The notes beneath the pieces are model-generated. The model was not told the origin of the DNA and did not search any database. It saw only the letters and a list, made by a program, of their open reading frames with translations. Source: Minisyncoccota bacterium (GTDB lineage: Bacteria > Patescibacteriota > Minisyncoccia > UBA6257 > JAGOQP01). Taken from it: a stretch of DNA of 64,000 nt. Both the position numbers and the translations under genes were made by a program. The stretch covers positions 124,161 to 188,160 of the forward strand of contig JBAZTS010000001.1 in NCBI GenBank assembly GCA_041661795.1, written 5' to 3'. Below, piece by piece: positions 36,779 through 48,448 of the stretch. Within the stretch, counting starts at the first letter, position 1, and the number at the start of each line of letters is the position of its first letter.

Positions 36779-37987
36779 TTAAAAACTGCTTGTCAGCTGA
36801 TACACTGGAACAATAACTGCAAGAGCTATAGTTCCGACTACAATTCCTATAAGCATCAACATAATGGGTTCTATAAAAGCCACCAGAGATTTGACTCCGC
36901 CTTCTATTTCGTTAGAGTAGAAATCTCCCAATGTTAATAAAATGCTTTCTATGTGTCCGGATTTTTCCGAAACGGCTATTAAATTAGATACTACTTTGGG
37001 AAAAATCGGTTCTTTTTTAAATGCTTCTCCAACAGTCAACCCTTTTGATATTCCTTCCCTTGAAATTCTCATCATGGCATTTTTCAACTCAGGCAAAGCA
37101 ACCGATTCGGCTGTAATTTCTATAGCATCAAGTATAGGAAGACCAGAGGATAGTAAAGATGAAAGAGTTGTGGCAAATCTTTGTAAAGCAATTTGGTGAA
37201 TAACTTTTCTGATAACCGGAGTTTTTAGGGCAATATCAAACATAATTTTTCTTCCCGGTAAAGTTTTCAAGAAGAAGTATCCCCCGCCAATAAAAAATGC
37301 GGCTAATAACAACAAAAGCCAGACAAGATTATCTCCTACAAAAAGTCCCACAGTAAAAACAATTCTTGAAAATGTCGGCGGTTTCATGCCACCCGAGAGG
37401 AAAACATTGGCAATTTTAGGAAGAGAGAAACTAACCAAAAGCACAAGAATTAATATAGAAGTGAAGAAAAGAATAACAGGATAAGTCAAAGAGGCCTTTA
37501 TTTTTCCCGTTAACTCTTTCTCTTTTTCCAAAGAAACACTTAGTTGTTCAAAGACATTTTCTAAGTTACCGGAAACTTCTCCAGCTTTTATTAAATTAAC
37601 AAAAACTTGAGAAAAAGTTTTTGGGTATTTAGCAAAAGTAGTATAAAATGGCTGGCCTTTTTCAAGATTAGCCCTGACTTCCAACAGAAAAGATTTAACA
37701 GCCGGTTTGTCAAAATCTTCAACCAATATATCTATGGCCTTAAAAAGATCTGTACCAACTTTTAACATCAGAGAAAGATATTTGGTTAAAAAAACTTTAT
37801 CCTCTAGGGTGATTTTCTGGCCAGTTAGATATTTTAAATTAATACCTGATGTTTTTATCGGCTTTATAATAATTGGCCGAAGTCCCTGGGAAGCAATAAA
37901 AGCCAAAGCGTCGTTGGTTGTTTGACCTTCCGTTTCCCCCTCTACCATTCTATTGTCGGGCCTAATGGCCTTGTAGTAAAACCTCAT
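36779..37987 (-). CDS. pilC: Type IV pilus platform protein PilC/GspF
   Basis: AGEVSGNL, ASLTYP, EKSGHI, FIEP. Confidence 0.92.
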   Translation of the reverse strand: MRFYYKAIRPDNRMVEGETEGQTTNDALAFIASQGLRPIIIKPIKTSGINLKYLTGQKITLEDKVFLTKYLSLMLKVGTDLFKAIDILVEDFDKPAVKSFLLEVRANLEKGQPFYTTFAKYPKTFSQVFVNLIKAGEVSGNLENVFEQLSVSLEKEKELTGKIKASLTYPVILFFTSILILVLLVSFSLPKIANVFLSGGMKPPTFSRIVFTVGLFVGDNLVWLLLLLAAFFIGGGYFFLKTLPGRKIMFDIALKTPVIRKVIHQIALQRFATTLSSLLSSGLPILDAIEITAESVALPELKNAMMRISREGISKGLTVGEAFKKEPIFPKVVSNLIAVSEKSGHIESILLTLGDFYSNEIEGGVKSLVAFIEPIMLMLIGIVVGTIALAVIVPVYQLTSSF

Positions 37988-37991
37988 GATG

Positions 37992-39704
37992 TTATTCCCT
38001 AATAACTCTCAGTACTTCCTCTATGCTCGTCATTCCTAAAGACGACTTTTTTAACCCATCTTCAAACATTGTTATCATTCCATTTTTTCTGGCAGTCATT
38101 AAAAGCAAATCTAAAGAAAAATTTGGATCAATTATTATTTTTCTTATATCTTCGTCAACTTCAAATGCTTCGTAAATTCCCATTCTACCTTTATACCCGG
38201 TTCCTCCGCAGGCCTTGCAACCCTTTCCTCTATAAAAAGTTTTGGGCATCTGAACATCAGGAAGATTTAAATCTTTTATCTGTATTTTTAATGAAGAAAC
38301 AAAGTTTTCCTCCGGAACAAAAGATTCAATACAGTCCACACATATTTTTCTTAACAATCTTTGGGCAACAACTAAATTTAAAACGGCAGCTGCCAAAAAG
38401 GGAGGGACTTTCATATCAATAAGACGAGGAACGGCTGTTGGGGCATCGTTAGTGTGGAGTGAGGACAAAAGTAAGTGACCGGTCAAGGCGGCATTAATAC
38501 CTATTTGGGCGGTTTCTTCATCTCTAATTTCACCAACCATTATAATGTTTGGATCTTGTCTTAAAATTGACCTTAAGCCAGAAGCAAAAGTTATCCCCGC
38601 AAGCGGATTTATTTGTATTTGATTTATATACCTGATGTTGTATTCAATAGGATCTTCAATGGTAACAATGTTAACTTGTGACCTGTTGAGCATATTTAAA
38701 ATTGAGTAAAGAGTCGTGGTTTTACCAGAACCGGTAGGACCGGTAACTAAAATCATCCCATATGTCTTTTTTATATTTTTTTCCACAATTTTAGCGGTTT
38801 CCTCCAACATTCCAAGCTCAGTTAAAGAAAGAGGTCTTTGAGTTCCGGGTAAAAGACGCATAACAATTTTTTCCCCATATAATGTAGGAATAACCGAAAT
38901 ACGAACATCTATCACAACAGAACCCGATTTATATCTGAAACGTCCATCTTGAGGTTTTTGATGCTCGTCAACTTTAAGAGCGCCAAGAAGCTTAATTCTT
39001 GCAATAATCGCCGAATGGACTTCTTTGGGGATTTCTAAAATTTCATAGAGTATCCCGTCAACTCTAAATCTTACCAAAATTTGGTCCTCTAAAACCTCTA
39101 AATGAACATCGGAGGAATTTAGAGAAGTAGCATATGAGAGCATATTGTTAACTATGTCAACTATGGGAATTTGAGTAGCCGCCTCTTCTTCTTTTGCGGA
39201 AGATATCTTTCTTTCCAGAGATGTTTTTATATTATCCTCTATGATTTTTTTAAAATCCTCAGTCAGTTGAGAGCCATAATAGGAAAATCCTTTAGCCAAA
39301 TCTTCTGGAGAAGCCAAGAAAGGCCTTATTTTAGCCGATATTTTCTTTTCCAAAAACTCAATTGTGGGAAGATCGGTTGGATCTTCCATGGCTACGTTTA
39401 TAGTTCCATCGGCATCTTTTAAAAAAGCAATAACGTTTCTTTCTCGGGCAAATTTTTCATCTACTTTTTCCAATACCGACTTATCTATAGTTCTTAAACC
39501 AAGATTAGCTCTCTCCACCCCAAAATAAGAGGATAGAAAATTGTAAAGATAATCCCTGCTAACAAAACCCTTAGAGATAAGCACATCTCCTATGTTCTGA
39601 TTCATTCTTGACGATTCATCAACAGCTTTATCAAATTGGTCTTCGCTTATAAGACCCTGATCAATGAGTATCTCTTTTATTTTTTGAGATGGGATTCTTA
39701 ACAT
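37992..39704 (-). CDS. pilB: Type IV pilus assembly ATPase PilB/GspE
   Basis: PQDGRF, GPTGSGKTTTLY, TIEDPIEY, RQDPNIIMVGEIRD, two CxxC. Confidence 0.95.
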   Translation of the reverse strand: MLRIPSQKIKEILIDQGLISEDQFDKAVDESSRMNQNIGDVLISKGFVSRDYLYNFLSSYFGVERANLGLRTIDKSVLEKVDEKFARERNVIAFLKDADGTINVAMEDPTDLPTIEFLEKKISAKIRPFLASPEDLAKGFSYYGSQLTEDFKKIIEDNIKTSLERKISSAKEEEAATQIPIVDIVNNMLSYATSLNSSDVHLEVLEDQILVRFRVDGILYEILEIPKEVHSAIIARIKLLGALKVDEHQKPQDGRFRYKSGSVVIDVRISVIPTLYGEKIVMRLLPGTQRPLSLTELGMLEETAKIVEKNIKKTYGMILVTGPTGSGKTTTLYSILNMLNRSQVNIVTIEDPIEYNIRYINQIQINPLAGITFASGLRSILRQDPNIIMVGEIRDEETAQIGINAALTGHLLLSSLHTNDAPTAVPRLIDMKVPPFLAAAVLNLVVAQRLLRKICVDCIESFVPEENFVSSLKIQIKDLNLPDVQMPKTFYRGKGCKACGGTGYKGRMGIYEAFEVDEDIRKIIIDPNFSLDLLLMTARKNGMITMFEDGLKKSSLGMTSIEEVLRVIRE

Positions 39705-39743
39705 TTGTTTTTATTTTAACACAAAAAAGAAACTAAATAAAAT

Positions 39744-39774
39744 AAAAACACCCCACGTTACGAGGGGTGTTTTT
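39744..39774. terminator. Terminator after the major pilin
   Basis: AAAAACACCCC / GGGGTGTTTTT. Confidence 0.7.
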
Positions 39775-39785
39775 TATTATTACAA

Positions 39786-40319
39786 TTACAAATTTAATCC
39801 CGGGTCAGTGCCGACTTCATAGATAGTCGTTGAATCTCCACCGTCGTTAAGTTCTTTGTTTGTAGTATATTTGCTACTTTCCAATTCAGTATTCACCTCA
39901 AATGTCTTATTTGTATTATCTCCTTTGTAGACATAGTGAAGCGTAGCACTAGTAACCGGATCTCTTGGTAAAGCAGAGATAGGAGAGCTTGGGTTGGCCA
40001 TGGTTGAAAAATCAACAGCAAACCATCCCGTGCCGTCAATAGCATAGATAAGTCTTTCTGTGGATGCTCCCAAAGAATACCCGGTAGTACCGCTTGATGA
40101 AAATGGACCGGCGGTAAACACAGGAGTAGTTGTAGCCACCAAATACAAAGAGACGGCATTTTTCATAGCATCAAAATCAGCCAATCTTTGCGTGTCTCTG
40201 GCTTGAGCTAAAAGTTCTGCTGGGTTTAAGACGACAACAACAGCCGCGGTTAAAACCGCTAATATTCCGATAACAACCAACAATTCAACTAAAGTAAATC
40301 CTTTTTTTGATTTTTGCAT
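39786..40319 (-). CDS. Type IV major pilin
   Basis: KKG/FTLVELLVVIGIL; own extended -10 (TGATATAAT) and terminator. Confidence 0.9.
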   Translation of the reverse strand: MQKSKKGFTLVELLVVIGILAVLTAAVVVVLNPAELLAQARDTQRLADFDAMKNAVSLYLVATTTPVFTAGPFSSSGTTGYSLGASTERLIYAIDGTGWFAVDFSTMANPSSPISALPRDPVTSATLHYVYKGDNTNKTFEVNTELESSKYTTNKELNDGGDSTTIYEVGTDPGLNL

Positions 40320-40443
40320 ATTTTATTAATTATTAGTTTAAATGTGAATAAACATAACCGACCTTATTATTTGTTTTTTCAATGATTTTATTATATCACC
40401 ACCACAAAAAAAAGAAATGGCTCTGTGGATAACTGTCAAAATT

Positions 40444-40827
40444 TTACTTATTCAAAAAACCTAAGATATTACCAACTAAATCTTCTATGGACGTCTTAGC
40501 TTTTATAAAGTATTCAACCGCTCCCAGTTCTTGACCCTTTTGAATGTCTTCTGGTTGTCCCAAGTTTGAAATTATAATAATCGGAGCGTTTTGAAGTTGC
40601 GGGTCTTGGCGCATACCTTCCATAACTTCAAACCCTGACTTTTTGGGTAAAATTAAATCAAGCAAAATAAGATCGGGTTTGTTATCTTTAAGTGAAAGCA
40701 ACGCCTCTTCTCCGTCTTTAGCGTGTATAACTTCAACCCCCTCTTTTGTGAGGCGGTTTTTTAAAAGAGAGGACAAAAACGGGTCATCCTCAACAAGAAG
40801 TATTTTTTTCATAACATTATCGCTCAT
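40444..40827 (-). CDS. Single-domain response regulator receiver
   Basis: LLVEDD, LLDLILP, ISN, FIK. Confidence 0.92.
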   Translation of the reverse strand: MSDNVMKKILLVEDDPFLSSLLKNRLTKEGVEVIHAKDGEEALLSLKDNKPDLILLDLILPKKSGFEVMEGMRQDPQLQNAPIIIISNLGQPEDIQKGQELGAVEYFIKAKTSIEDLVGNILGFLNK

Positions 40828-40983
40828 AGTTCATTTATTATACAAAAATCCACAATAAAAACAACTGGCTGGTTGTTAGTTAAGAGTTGATAATTATTTT
40901 GAAAACTTTTTTAGTTGCCCCAGCCGAAACTTTAGGATCCTCGGCCAACTCCATTCCGCCAAAGGCGGATCGATCAATAATCT

Positions 40984-42530
<1,547 letters not shown>

Positions 42531-42802
42531 ACAAACTAAATTTACTTATACACGGACAGACACCGAAAATAAATTCCGTGAAAGTCCGTGTTAAACATAA
42601 AATAGTTTGTGAAAGGGACAACTAAAAAAACTTTCAAAATCCCGTATCTGCAATACGGGCTATTAAATTATCAAGGTTCTTCTTGTGGTAAGGATAAGTA
42701 TACAAAATCAGTTTAAAGTGTCAAGTGGAAAGTAGAGAGTTAAAGGCGTGTAGAGAATTGACTTTTCCCTTAAAAAAAGTATTATTTATCAGTATTACAA
42801 AT

Positions 42803-43078
42803 ATGAAAAAAGATACTCATCCAGAATATTTCCCCGATGCCAAAGTAACTTGCGCCTGTGGGAACGCGTTTACTGTCGGTTCAACCAAAAAGGAATTACA
42901 GGTTGAAATTTGCTATGCTTGTCATCCTTTCTATACCGGTAAAGAAAAACTTATAGATACTGCCGGACGCGTTGAAAAATTCAAAGCCAGAAGAGAAAAA
43001 GCATCTAAGGTTTCTGTTAGAAAGAAATCAGAAAAAAGAGCAGTTAAGAAAGTCAAAAAAGCTTCCAAAACTAAGTAG
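42803..43078 (+). CDS. rpmE: 50S ribosomal protein L31
   Basis: [29 protein letters not shown]. Confidence 0.97.
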   Translation: MKKDTHPEYFPDAKVTCACGNAFTVGSTKKELQVEICYACHPFYTGKEKLIDTAGRVEKFKARREKASKVSVRKKSEKRAVKKVKKASKTK

Positions 43079-43080
43079 CT

Positions 43081-43155
43081 AGTTTAGGGTTTAGGGAGAG
43101 AAGGTATTAGGGTATAGTTTTTTCTAGAACCCCATATCCTATCCCCTACACCCTT
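43081..43155. repeat. Intergenic inverted heptamer array
   Basis: TTTAGGG TTTAGGG AGAGAAGG TATTAGGG ... CCCATAT CCTATCC CCTACAC CCT. Confidence 0.7.
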
Positions 43156-43162
43156 TTTAATT

Positions 43163-43897
43163 ATGGAAAACGTAAATAAACTAATAATTGAAGTTAGGGC
43201 TGGAACAGGAGGTGATGAGGCCTCTATTTTTGCCGGAGAATTAGTTAATATGTACCAAAAATATTCTCAAAAAAAGGGATGGAGATTTTCTATTATGGAT
43301 TCCAATACTACATCACTTGGCGGATATAAAACTTTTGTGGGGAAAATAGAAGGACAGGGCGTCTATGAAGATTTCAAACAAGAATCGGGAGTTCACAGAA
43401 TTCAAAGAGTTCCCAACACGGAAAAATCGGGAAGAGTTCATACATCAACCGCTTCAGTAGCCATATTGCCTTTATTAGAAGAAAAAGAATTGGTTATCAA
43501 TCCAGGTGATTTGGAAATATCTTTTTTTAGGTCTTCTGGGCCCGGAGGACAAAATGTCAATAAAGTTGAGACAGCTGTTAGAATTTTACACAAACCCACA
43601 GGCGTAGTTATTGCCTCTCAAACGGAAAGATCTCAAAATTCAAATAAAGAAAATGCCATGGGAATTTTAAGAGCTAAACTTTTTGAAGCTATGCGAGAAC
43701 AAAAAGCCGCCTCTTTGGGAGCAATAAGAAAAGAACAAATCGGCTCAATGGAACGCTCTGAAAAAATAAGAACCTATAACTTTCCCGACGACAGAATTAC
43801 CGATCATCGTATCGGAAAGAAATTTCATAATATAGAAAAAATACTTGAGGGTGATTTAGATCCGATAATTAAAGCTTTTAGAAAATCAGCCGTTTAA
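43163..43897 (+). CDS. prfA: Peptide chain release factor 1, N-terminally short
   Basis: [11 protein letters not shown], PxT motif (RVPNTE), GGQ, RTYNF; follows rpmE. Confidence 0.92.
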   Translation: MENVNKLIIEVRAGTGGDEASIFAGELVNMYQKYSQKKGWRFSIMDSNTTSLGGYKTFVGKIEGQGVYEDFKQESGVHRIQRVPNTEKSGRVHTSTASVAILPLLEEKELVINPGDLEISFFRSSGPGGQNVNKVETAVRILHKPTGVVIASQTERSQNSNKENAMGILRAKLFEAMREQKAASLGAIRKEQIGSMERSEKIRTYNFPDDRITDHRIGKKFHNIEKILEGDLDPIIKAFRKSAV

Positions 43898-45352
43898 AAC
43901 ATCTATATCTTCCTGAAAACTCTGAGCTCTTGAGACAACTCTTTCTCCATATGTAGAAATATAGTATTTCCATCTTCCGCCGGCATAGTATTTGGCCGCA
44001 GCCACTTTTTCATCATACAAACTTCCACCGGCAGCTCCAGCACTTTTCAGATAAAGAGCCGTAGCCATAAAAGCATCCATATTGTTCCAAGGAGAAGATG
44101 GATTATTTCCCGTCAGGGCAGATACTTGCTCTTTATATCCATTCCAGGTAGAAGGAATAAATTGAGCCGGTCCCATAGCTCCTCCATAAGCTCCATCAGA
44201 AGGAATGGGGCAAGAAACAAAAATGCTGTCCGGATTTATTCCAAGTTCACTGGTAATTTCCAAAAATATTGGAATATCTCTTGTGGGATGCATAGTGGTC
44301 GGATTACTGGCTCTATCCGGATAATAAGGATTAACATTGTATTTACATTTTCCAACATTCCTTCCTAAAGCCGATTCTCTGTCTAACACAGCTAGTATTA
44401 AAGCGGCCCTTACACCGGTTGCGTCTTGAGCTAATTTGGCAAATTTATAGGCCTCGCCAAAAGACAACTCTCCTCCTCCAAAAAATTCAAAGATTCTACT
44501 TCTTATTTGAGCGGCAGTTTTTTGTGTTTCTTTTAGAAGATCCTGATATTTTGATTCTTGGCCTTTGGTGACTTTTAATAACTCTTTTTTGGAGTCCTCC
44601 GTTTTTTTAACCAAACTTCTTTGTGATTCTTGGTATGCCTTAAGTTGCGATATATCTTCATATTCCAAAGCTAATGCTTCTTTTTGATCAATTAATTGGT
44701 TTTTTAATCTGACTATTTCTTCCAAAGCAATTCTAAGATTATCTTGAACAGCCATAAGATTATTTATATCCAAAAAAAAGTCAGAGAGTTTTGGATTGGC
44801 CAAAACCATTTCAATTACGCTCGTGGTTTCGCTCTCATAAATATTTTGAAGTATAGAAGAGAGAGATTTTTTATTTATGGTTATATCGCTTTCCGTTTCG
44901 GTTATTTTGCTTTTGGTACTGTCAATTTCTGAATCTAGACGATCCAGATTAAGATTTATTGCTTTTATCTGAAGATTAAGTTTGGCTATCTTGGCATTTA
45001 TGGTCTTTATCTCCGATTCCAAGCTTTTGCCCTGTTTTTTATACTGTTCTACCGTGTTCTCATAATCACTAATTTGTTTTTCTAAGTCCTTTAACTGAGC
45101 TTCCAATTGAGCTCTTTCTTCTTCTCTGGTTGAAGCAGCAAAAAGATAGCCATTGTTTATAGGGGCATAAGCCGAACCTAAAATAAAAGAGAATATGGCA
45201 AAAGATATAATCACAAAAACAGATATCTTCTTCAAAGGAACAATGATTGTTTTGGTTCCCAAAGAAGAAAGGTTAATCCTGTTGAAATTAGACCTTCCTT
45301 TGCTGATATCTTCCGATTTTTTGATTATATCCTGAATGCGTTTATACATCAT
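43886..45352 (-). CDS. Coiled-coil lytic murein transglycosylase
   Basis: TM, long coiled coil, then [25 protein letters not shown]. Confidence 0.85.
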   Translation of the reverse strand: MMYKRIQDIIKKSEDISKGRSNFNRINLSSLGTKTIIVPLKKISVFVIISFAIFSFILGSAYAPINNGYLFAASTREEERAQLEAQLKDLEKQISDYENTVEQYKKQGKSLESEIKTINAKIAKLNLQIKAINLNLDRLDSEIDSTKSKITETESDITINKKSLSSILQNIYESETTSVIEMVLANPKLSDFFLDINNLMAVQDNLRIALEEIVRLKNQLIDQKEALALEYEDISQLKAYQESQRSLVKKTEDSKKELLKVTKGQESKYQDLLKETQKTAAQIRSRIFEFFGGGELSFGEAYKFAKLAQDATGVRAALILAVLDRESALGRNVGKCKYNVNPYYPDRASNPTTMHPTRDIPIFLEITSELGINPDSIFVSCPIPSDGAYGGAMGPAQFIPSTWNGYKEQVSALTGNNPSSPWNNMDAFMATALYLKSAGAAGGSLYDEKVAAAKYYAGGRWKYYISTYGERVVSRAQSFQEDIDVLNG

Positions 45353-45393
45353 AAAATCAGGGCTGTCCCTTTATATATTATAACGAATAAATA

Positions 45394-45432
45394 GCAAAAT
45401 AAAACCCCTTTATAGAGGGGGTTTTATTTTGC
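45394..45432. terminator. Terminator after rplY
   Basis: GCAAAATAAAACCCC / GGGGTTTTATTTTGC. Confidence 0.7.
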
Positions 45433-46083
45433 TTGTTCTGGAGTGGTAGCAGGGGCTTCTTGTCCTCCCTCTTGAGGTTGACCTTCTATTGGCTCAGCAC
45501 CTTCTACAACAGGAGGAGCTTCAACAACCTCTTCTTTCATCTGTTCAGCTATGGTGACAATAACACTTTCCAACTCATCAAGAATTTCTATTTTATCGGA
45601 TATTTTAATATCTTTGATATGTAAGCTTTGATGCAGATCAATAAGAGAAGATAAATCAATTTCTATAAATTGTGGCAAATCAGATGGCAGGGCTTCTACT
45701 TCTATCTTTTCAAGAGCCTTAACTAGGGTGCCTCCTTTTTCTTTAACAGCCGGAGCTTCTCCAATGAATTTTATAGGGATGTCGGCGGTTATCTTTTTAT
45801 CCATATTAACTTTATAAAAATCAATACTGATAAAACTATCGTTAAGCGGATTTCTTTGAACATTATAAATAAGAACCGGAACGGTTTTTCCTTCTATAAC
45901 AACGTTAACAATGCTGTTTTCTCCAGCTTCTTTAAATACCTTAGAAAATTCTTTTACGGGAACAGACAGGTGAATATTCTCAAATCCCTGTCCGTAAATT
46001 TCTGCCGGAACAAGCCCTTGGTCTAAAAGGGTTTCTAATCTTTTTCCTAATATTTCTCTTTTTTGAGCTATTATTTCTAACAT
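45424..46083 (-). CDS. rplY: 50S ribosomal protein L25/CTC
   Basis: VPAEIYG, IDFY, GEAPAVKEKGG, ALPSDLP. Confidence 0.94.
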   Translation of the reverse strand: MLEIIAQKREILGKRLETLLDQGLVPAEIYGQGFENIHLSVPVKEFSKVFKEAGENSIVNVVIEGKTVPVLIYNVQRNPLNDSFISIDFYKVNMDKKITADIPIKFIGEAPAVKEKGGTLVKALEKIEVEALPSDLPQFIEIDLSSLIDLHQSLHIKDIKISDKIEILDELESVIVTIAEQMKEEVVEAPPVVEGAEPIEGQPQEGGQEAPATTPEQAK

Positions 46084-46180
46084 ATGAAATCGTTAACCGT
46101 ATACAGTATACAGGTATATAAGATAAACGAAAAAACAAGATAAATCAAGCTATTTATGCATCCGTTATTTTTTATAATTT

Positions 46181-47503
46181 TTAGTATAAAGAATATTTAC
46201 CGTCTAAATATTTTTCTACACTTTCGCGTTCATTGTCAGAAAGAGCTCTGTTATATACTATAATTTCGGCCATTTGTGAATTAGCACTGAGTGTTCCACC
46301 AATTGTATAAATTTCGTCGGTAAGATTAGGAACGGCGTTACAAGAATCACAGGTATAGAAAGACCCAATTGTTCCGTTATATCTCAATATTGGGTCCCTA
46401 TATCTATCTCCACTATTATTTGTCACAGAAAAAATACCGAAATTACTATAATCAAACCCCGTATTTCTCATGACTGAATATCCATCGGTATAACCGATAA
46501 CTCCATCAAAAGGGCCATTCCTATAATAAAGAATCCTTGTTGTTCCTCCTGCTCCAGAAGAAGATCCAAAGGAAAAGAATTTTACCCCATCTTCATACCA
46601 AGTCAAACTTTTTCCAACAAAGAACACTGAAGAAGCTCCAGAGCCACTTACTCCCAAAGCTCCTCCAGCCAAAGAATCATTTGCTCCGTCAAATTGGACT
46701 ACCGACTTTCCATTAACCTGGTTGGTTTTAAAAAGCGGTTTATAACTTACATTACTTTGTATGGCATCATTATTGTTTCCAGATAGATCATCCCAAGTTG
46801 AAATTGGATCATTATTAGAAAGATTTAGGGAGTCGGCTTTAAGCCATAATTTTGGGTCATTAGGTGACAAAAAAAGATTCATGCCAGCTTCAAATCTGAC
46901 GGGATCTCCACCTCCGTCACCAGAAGCAACTTCTTTTATCTTTTTTTCTGATTCCAAAAGAGCGGTCAAAATATATCCACCATTACTATCCACAGCATAA
47001 GCATAAAAATTAGATGTGGATACGGCATTGGTTTCATCTATAGGAAGATCAGATATAAAAGGTCCAACCGATGTTATTCTGGTAAAATCAATTGGAATCC
47101 AACCCGTTCCATCAACATTTTTAAAGGTTGAAGTAGGGGCACATTTGTAAGACCACCCAGAAATTGCGGGAAGTCCTAAGTTTGCGCATGTTGTAGAAGA
47201 ATCGGGAATGGAAATATATAAAGTATTAACGCTACCCAAAGACAAATTACCCAGTCCCGAGTATTTATATTTTTCAACGGCAATTTTAAGGTTGTTTAAA
47301 TCCGATATTCTTCTGGCATCCTTGCTTTCTTGTATAAAAGAAACTGGATTTAAAATAATAACTGTGGCCGCCGAAAGAACGATTATAATACCAACTGTTG
47401 TTAAAAGCTCACCCATAGTGAAGGAACGGGTATCGTATACCGTATACCGTATACCGGGATAGAGCAAATGCTTCTTAAGTTTAGATTTTATAAATTCAAT
47501 CAT
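46181..47503 (-). CDS. Pilin fused to LamG/ConA-like domain (paralog A)
   Basis: S/FTMGELL, DGTGWIPIDF, LWLKAD, AEIIVYNRALS. Confidence 0.85.
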   Translation of the reverse strand: MIEFIKSKLKKHLLYPGIRYTVYDTRSFTMGELLTTVGIIIVLSAATVIILNPVSFIQESKDARRISDLNNLKIAVEKYKYSGLGNLSLGSVNTLYISIPDSSTTCANLGLPAISGWSYKCAPTSTFKNVDGTGWIPIDFTRITSVGPFISDLPIDETNAVSTSNFYAYAVDSNGGYILTALLESEKKIKEVASGDGGGDPVRFEAGMNLFLSPNDPKLWLKADSLNLSNNDPISTWDDLSGNNNDAIQSNVSYKPLFKTNQVNGKSVVQFDGANDSLAGGALGVSGSGASSVFFVGKSLTWYEDGVKFFSFGSSSGAGGTTRILYYRNGPFDGVIGYTDGYSVMRNTGFDYSNFGIFSVTNNSGDRYRDPILRYNGTIGSFYTCDSCNAVPNLTDEIYTIGGTLSANSQMAEIIVYNRALSDNERESVEKYLDGKYSLY

Positions 47504-47532
47504 TTCTTCTGTATTCGGTATACGACGCCCAG

Positions 47533-48441
47533 TTATACGCCACTTAGTATTTTTATTTTATCCGACACCACTTTTTCCACTTCATGAACTACTTCGGGAA
47601 GTATCTTATAAGGAACGATTTCGTTGGGACGAGATAAAAGAGCCAAATCCAAACCTCTCTTCCAGGCAGTTCTAAGTTCTGTATTGATATGAACAATAGA
47701 TACTCCCGCCAAAACAGCCAGTTTTAATTGTTCGTTAGAAACCCCAGACGCCCCATGTAAAACCATGGGAATATCAATCATGCTTTTTATCTCTTTTATT
47801 CTCTCTACATCAAGATTGGGGTCGGAAGCATCCAAAAACATTCCATGCAGAGTCCCTAGTGCCGGCGCCAGTAAATCTATTCCCGTTTCTTCTATAAATC
47901 TTTTGGCATCTTCGGGTTTAGTCAAATCTTCTTTTTTAACAGAAACACCTTCTGGGATTCTATCTAAAATAACTGACCCGGAACCTATATATCCAAGCTC
48001 CCCTTCCACCAAAACATCGCAATTATTTTTCTGGTTATATTCTTTGACAAAATTAACAACCTCTTTTGTCTCTCTTATGTTTTCTTCAATATTTTCTTTT
48101 CCGGCATCAAACAAAACTGCGTCAAATCCGGCCTCAACCGCTTCTTTTATTTTACCAAAAGAATGCGTATGGTCAGCGTTAAGAAAAATAGGAAAATTTC
48201 CGCCCGAGGCGGATCCGTCTATGATGGAAAATTCTTCTCTTAAACTTTTTATAAGAGCCACAACTTGTTTTATGCCTATAAAATCTCTTTCCCCTTCTGA
48301 AACTCCTATAATAACGGGCTGTTTCAAAGCGTAAGCAGCATCAAAAATTCCCTTAAGAGCCGCCAAATCGGAGATATTAAAATGCCCAACAGCTACATTG
48401 TGTAACTGAGCATCTTTTATTATTTCTCGCAATGTTTGCAT
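47533..48441 (-). CDS. fba: Class II fructose-bisphosphate aldolase
   Basis: NADHTH, VEGELG, GTLHG, VLHGASG, INTE. Confidence 0.92.
   Translation of the reverse strand: MQTLREIIKDAQLHNVAVGHFNISDLAALKGIFDAAYALKQPVIIGVSEGERDFIGIKQVVALIKSLREEFSIIDGSASGGNFPIFLNADHTHSFGKIKEAVEAGFDAVLFDAGKENIEENIRETKEVVNFVKEYNQKNNCDVLVEGELGYIGSGSVILDRIPEGVSVKKEDLTKPEDAKRFIEETGIDLLAPALGTLHGMFLDASDPNLDVERIKEIKSMIDIPMVLHGASGVSNEQLKLAVLAGVSIVHINTELRTAWKRGLDLALLSRPNEIVPYKILPEVVHEVEKVVSDKIKILSGV
48199..48228. repeat. 30-nt double-hairpin repeat, in frame in fba
   Basis: TCCGCC-CGA-GGCGGA TCCGTC-TAT-GATGGA; encodes SIIDGSASGG. Confidence 0.85.
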
Positions 48442-48448
48442 GGACTTA

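Noticed and set aside
43079-43162. Frameshifted or split 5' part of the release factor (prfB-like)
   Set aside because: Only 84 nt of repeat DNA with stop codons; no CTTTGA slip site; the PxT motif identifies RF1.
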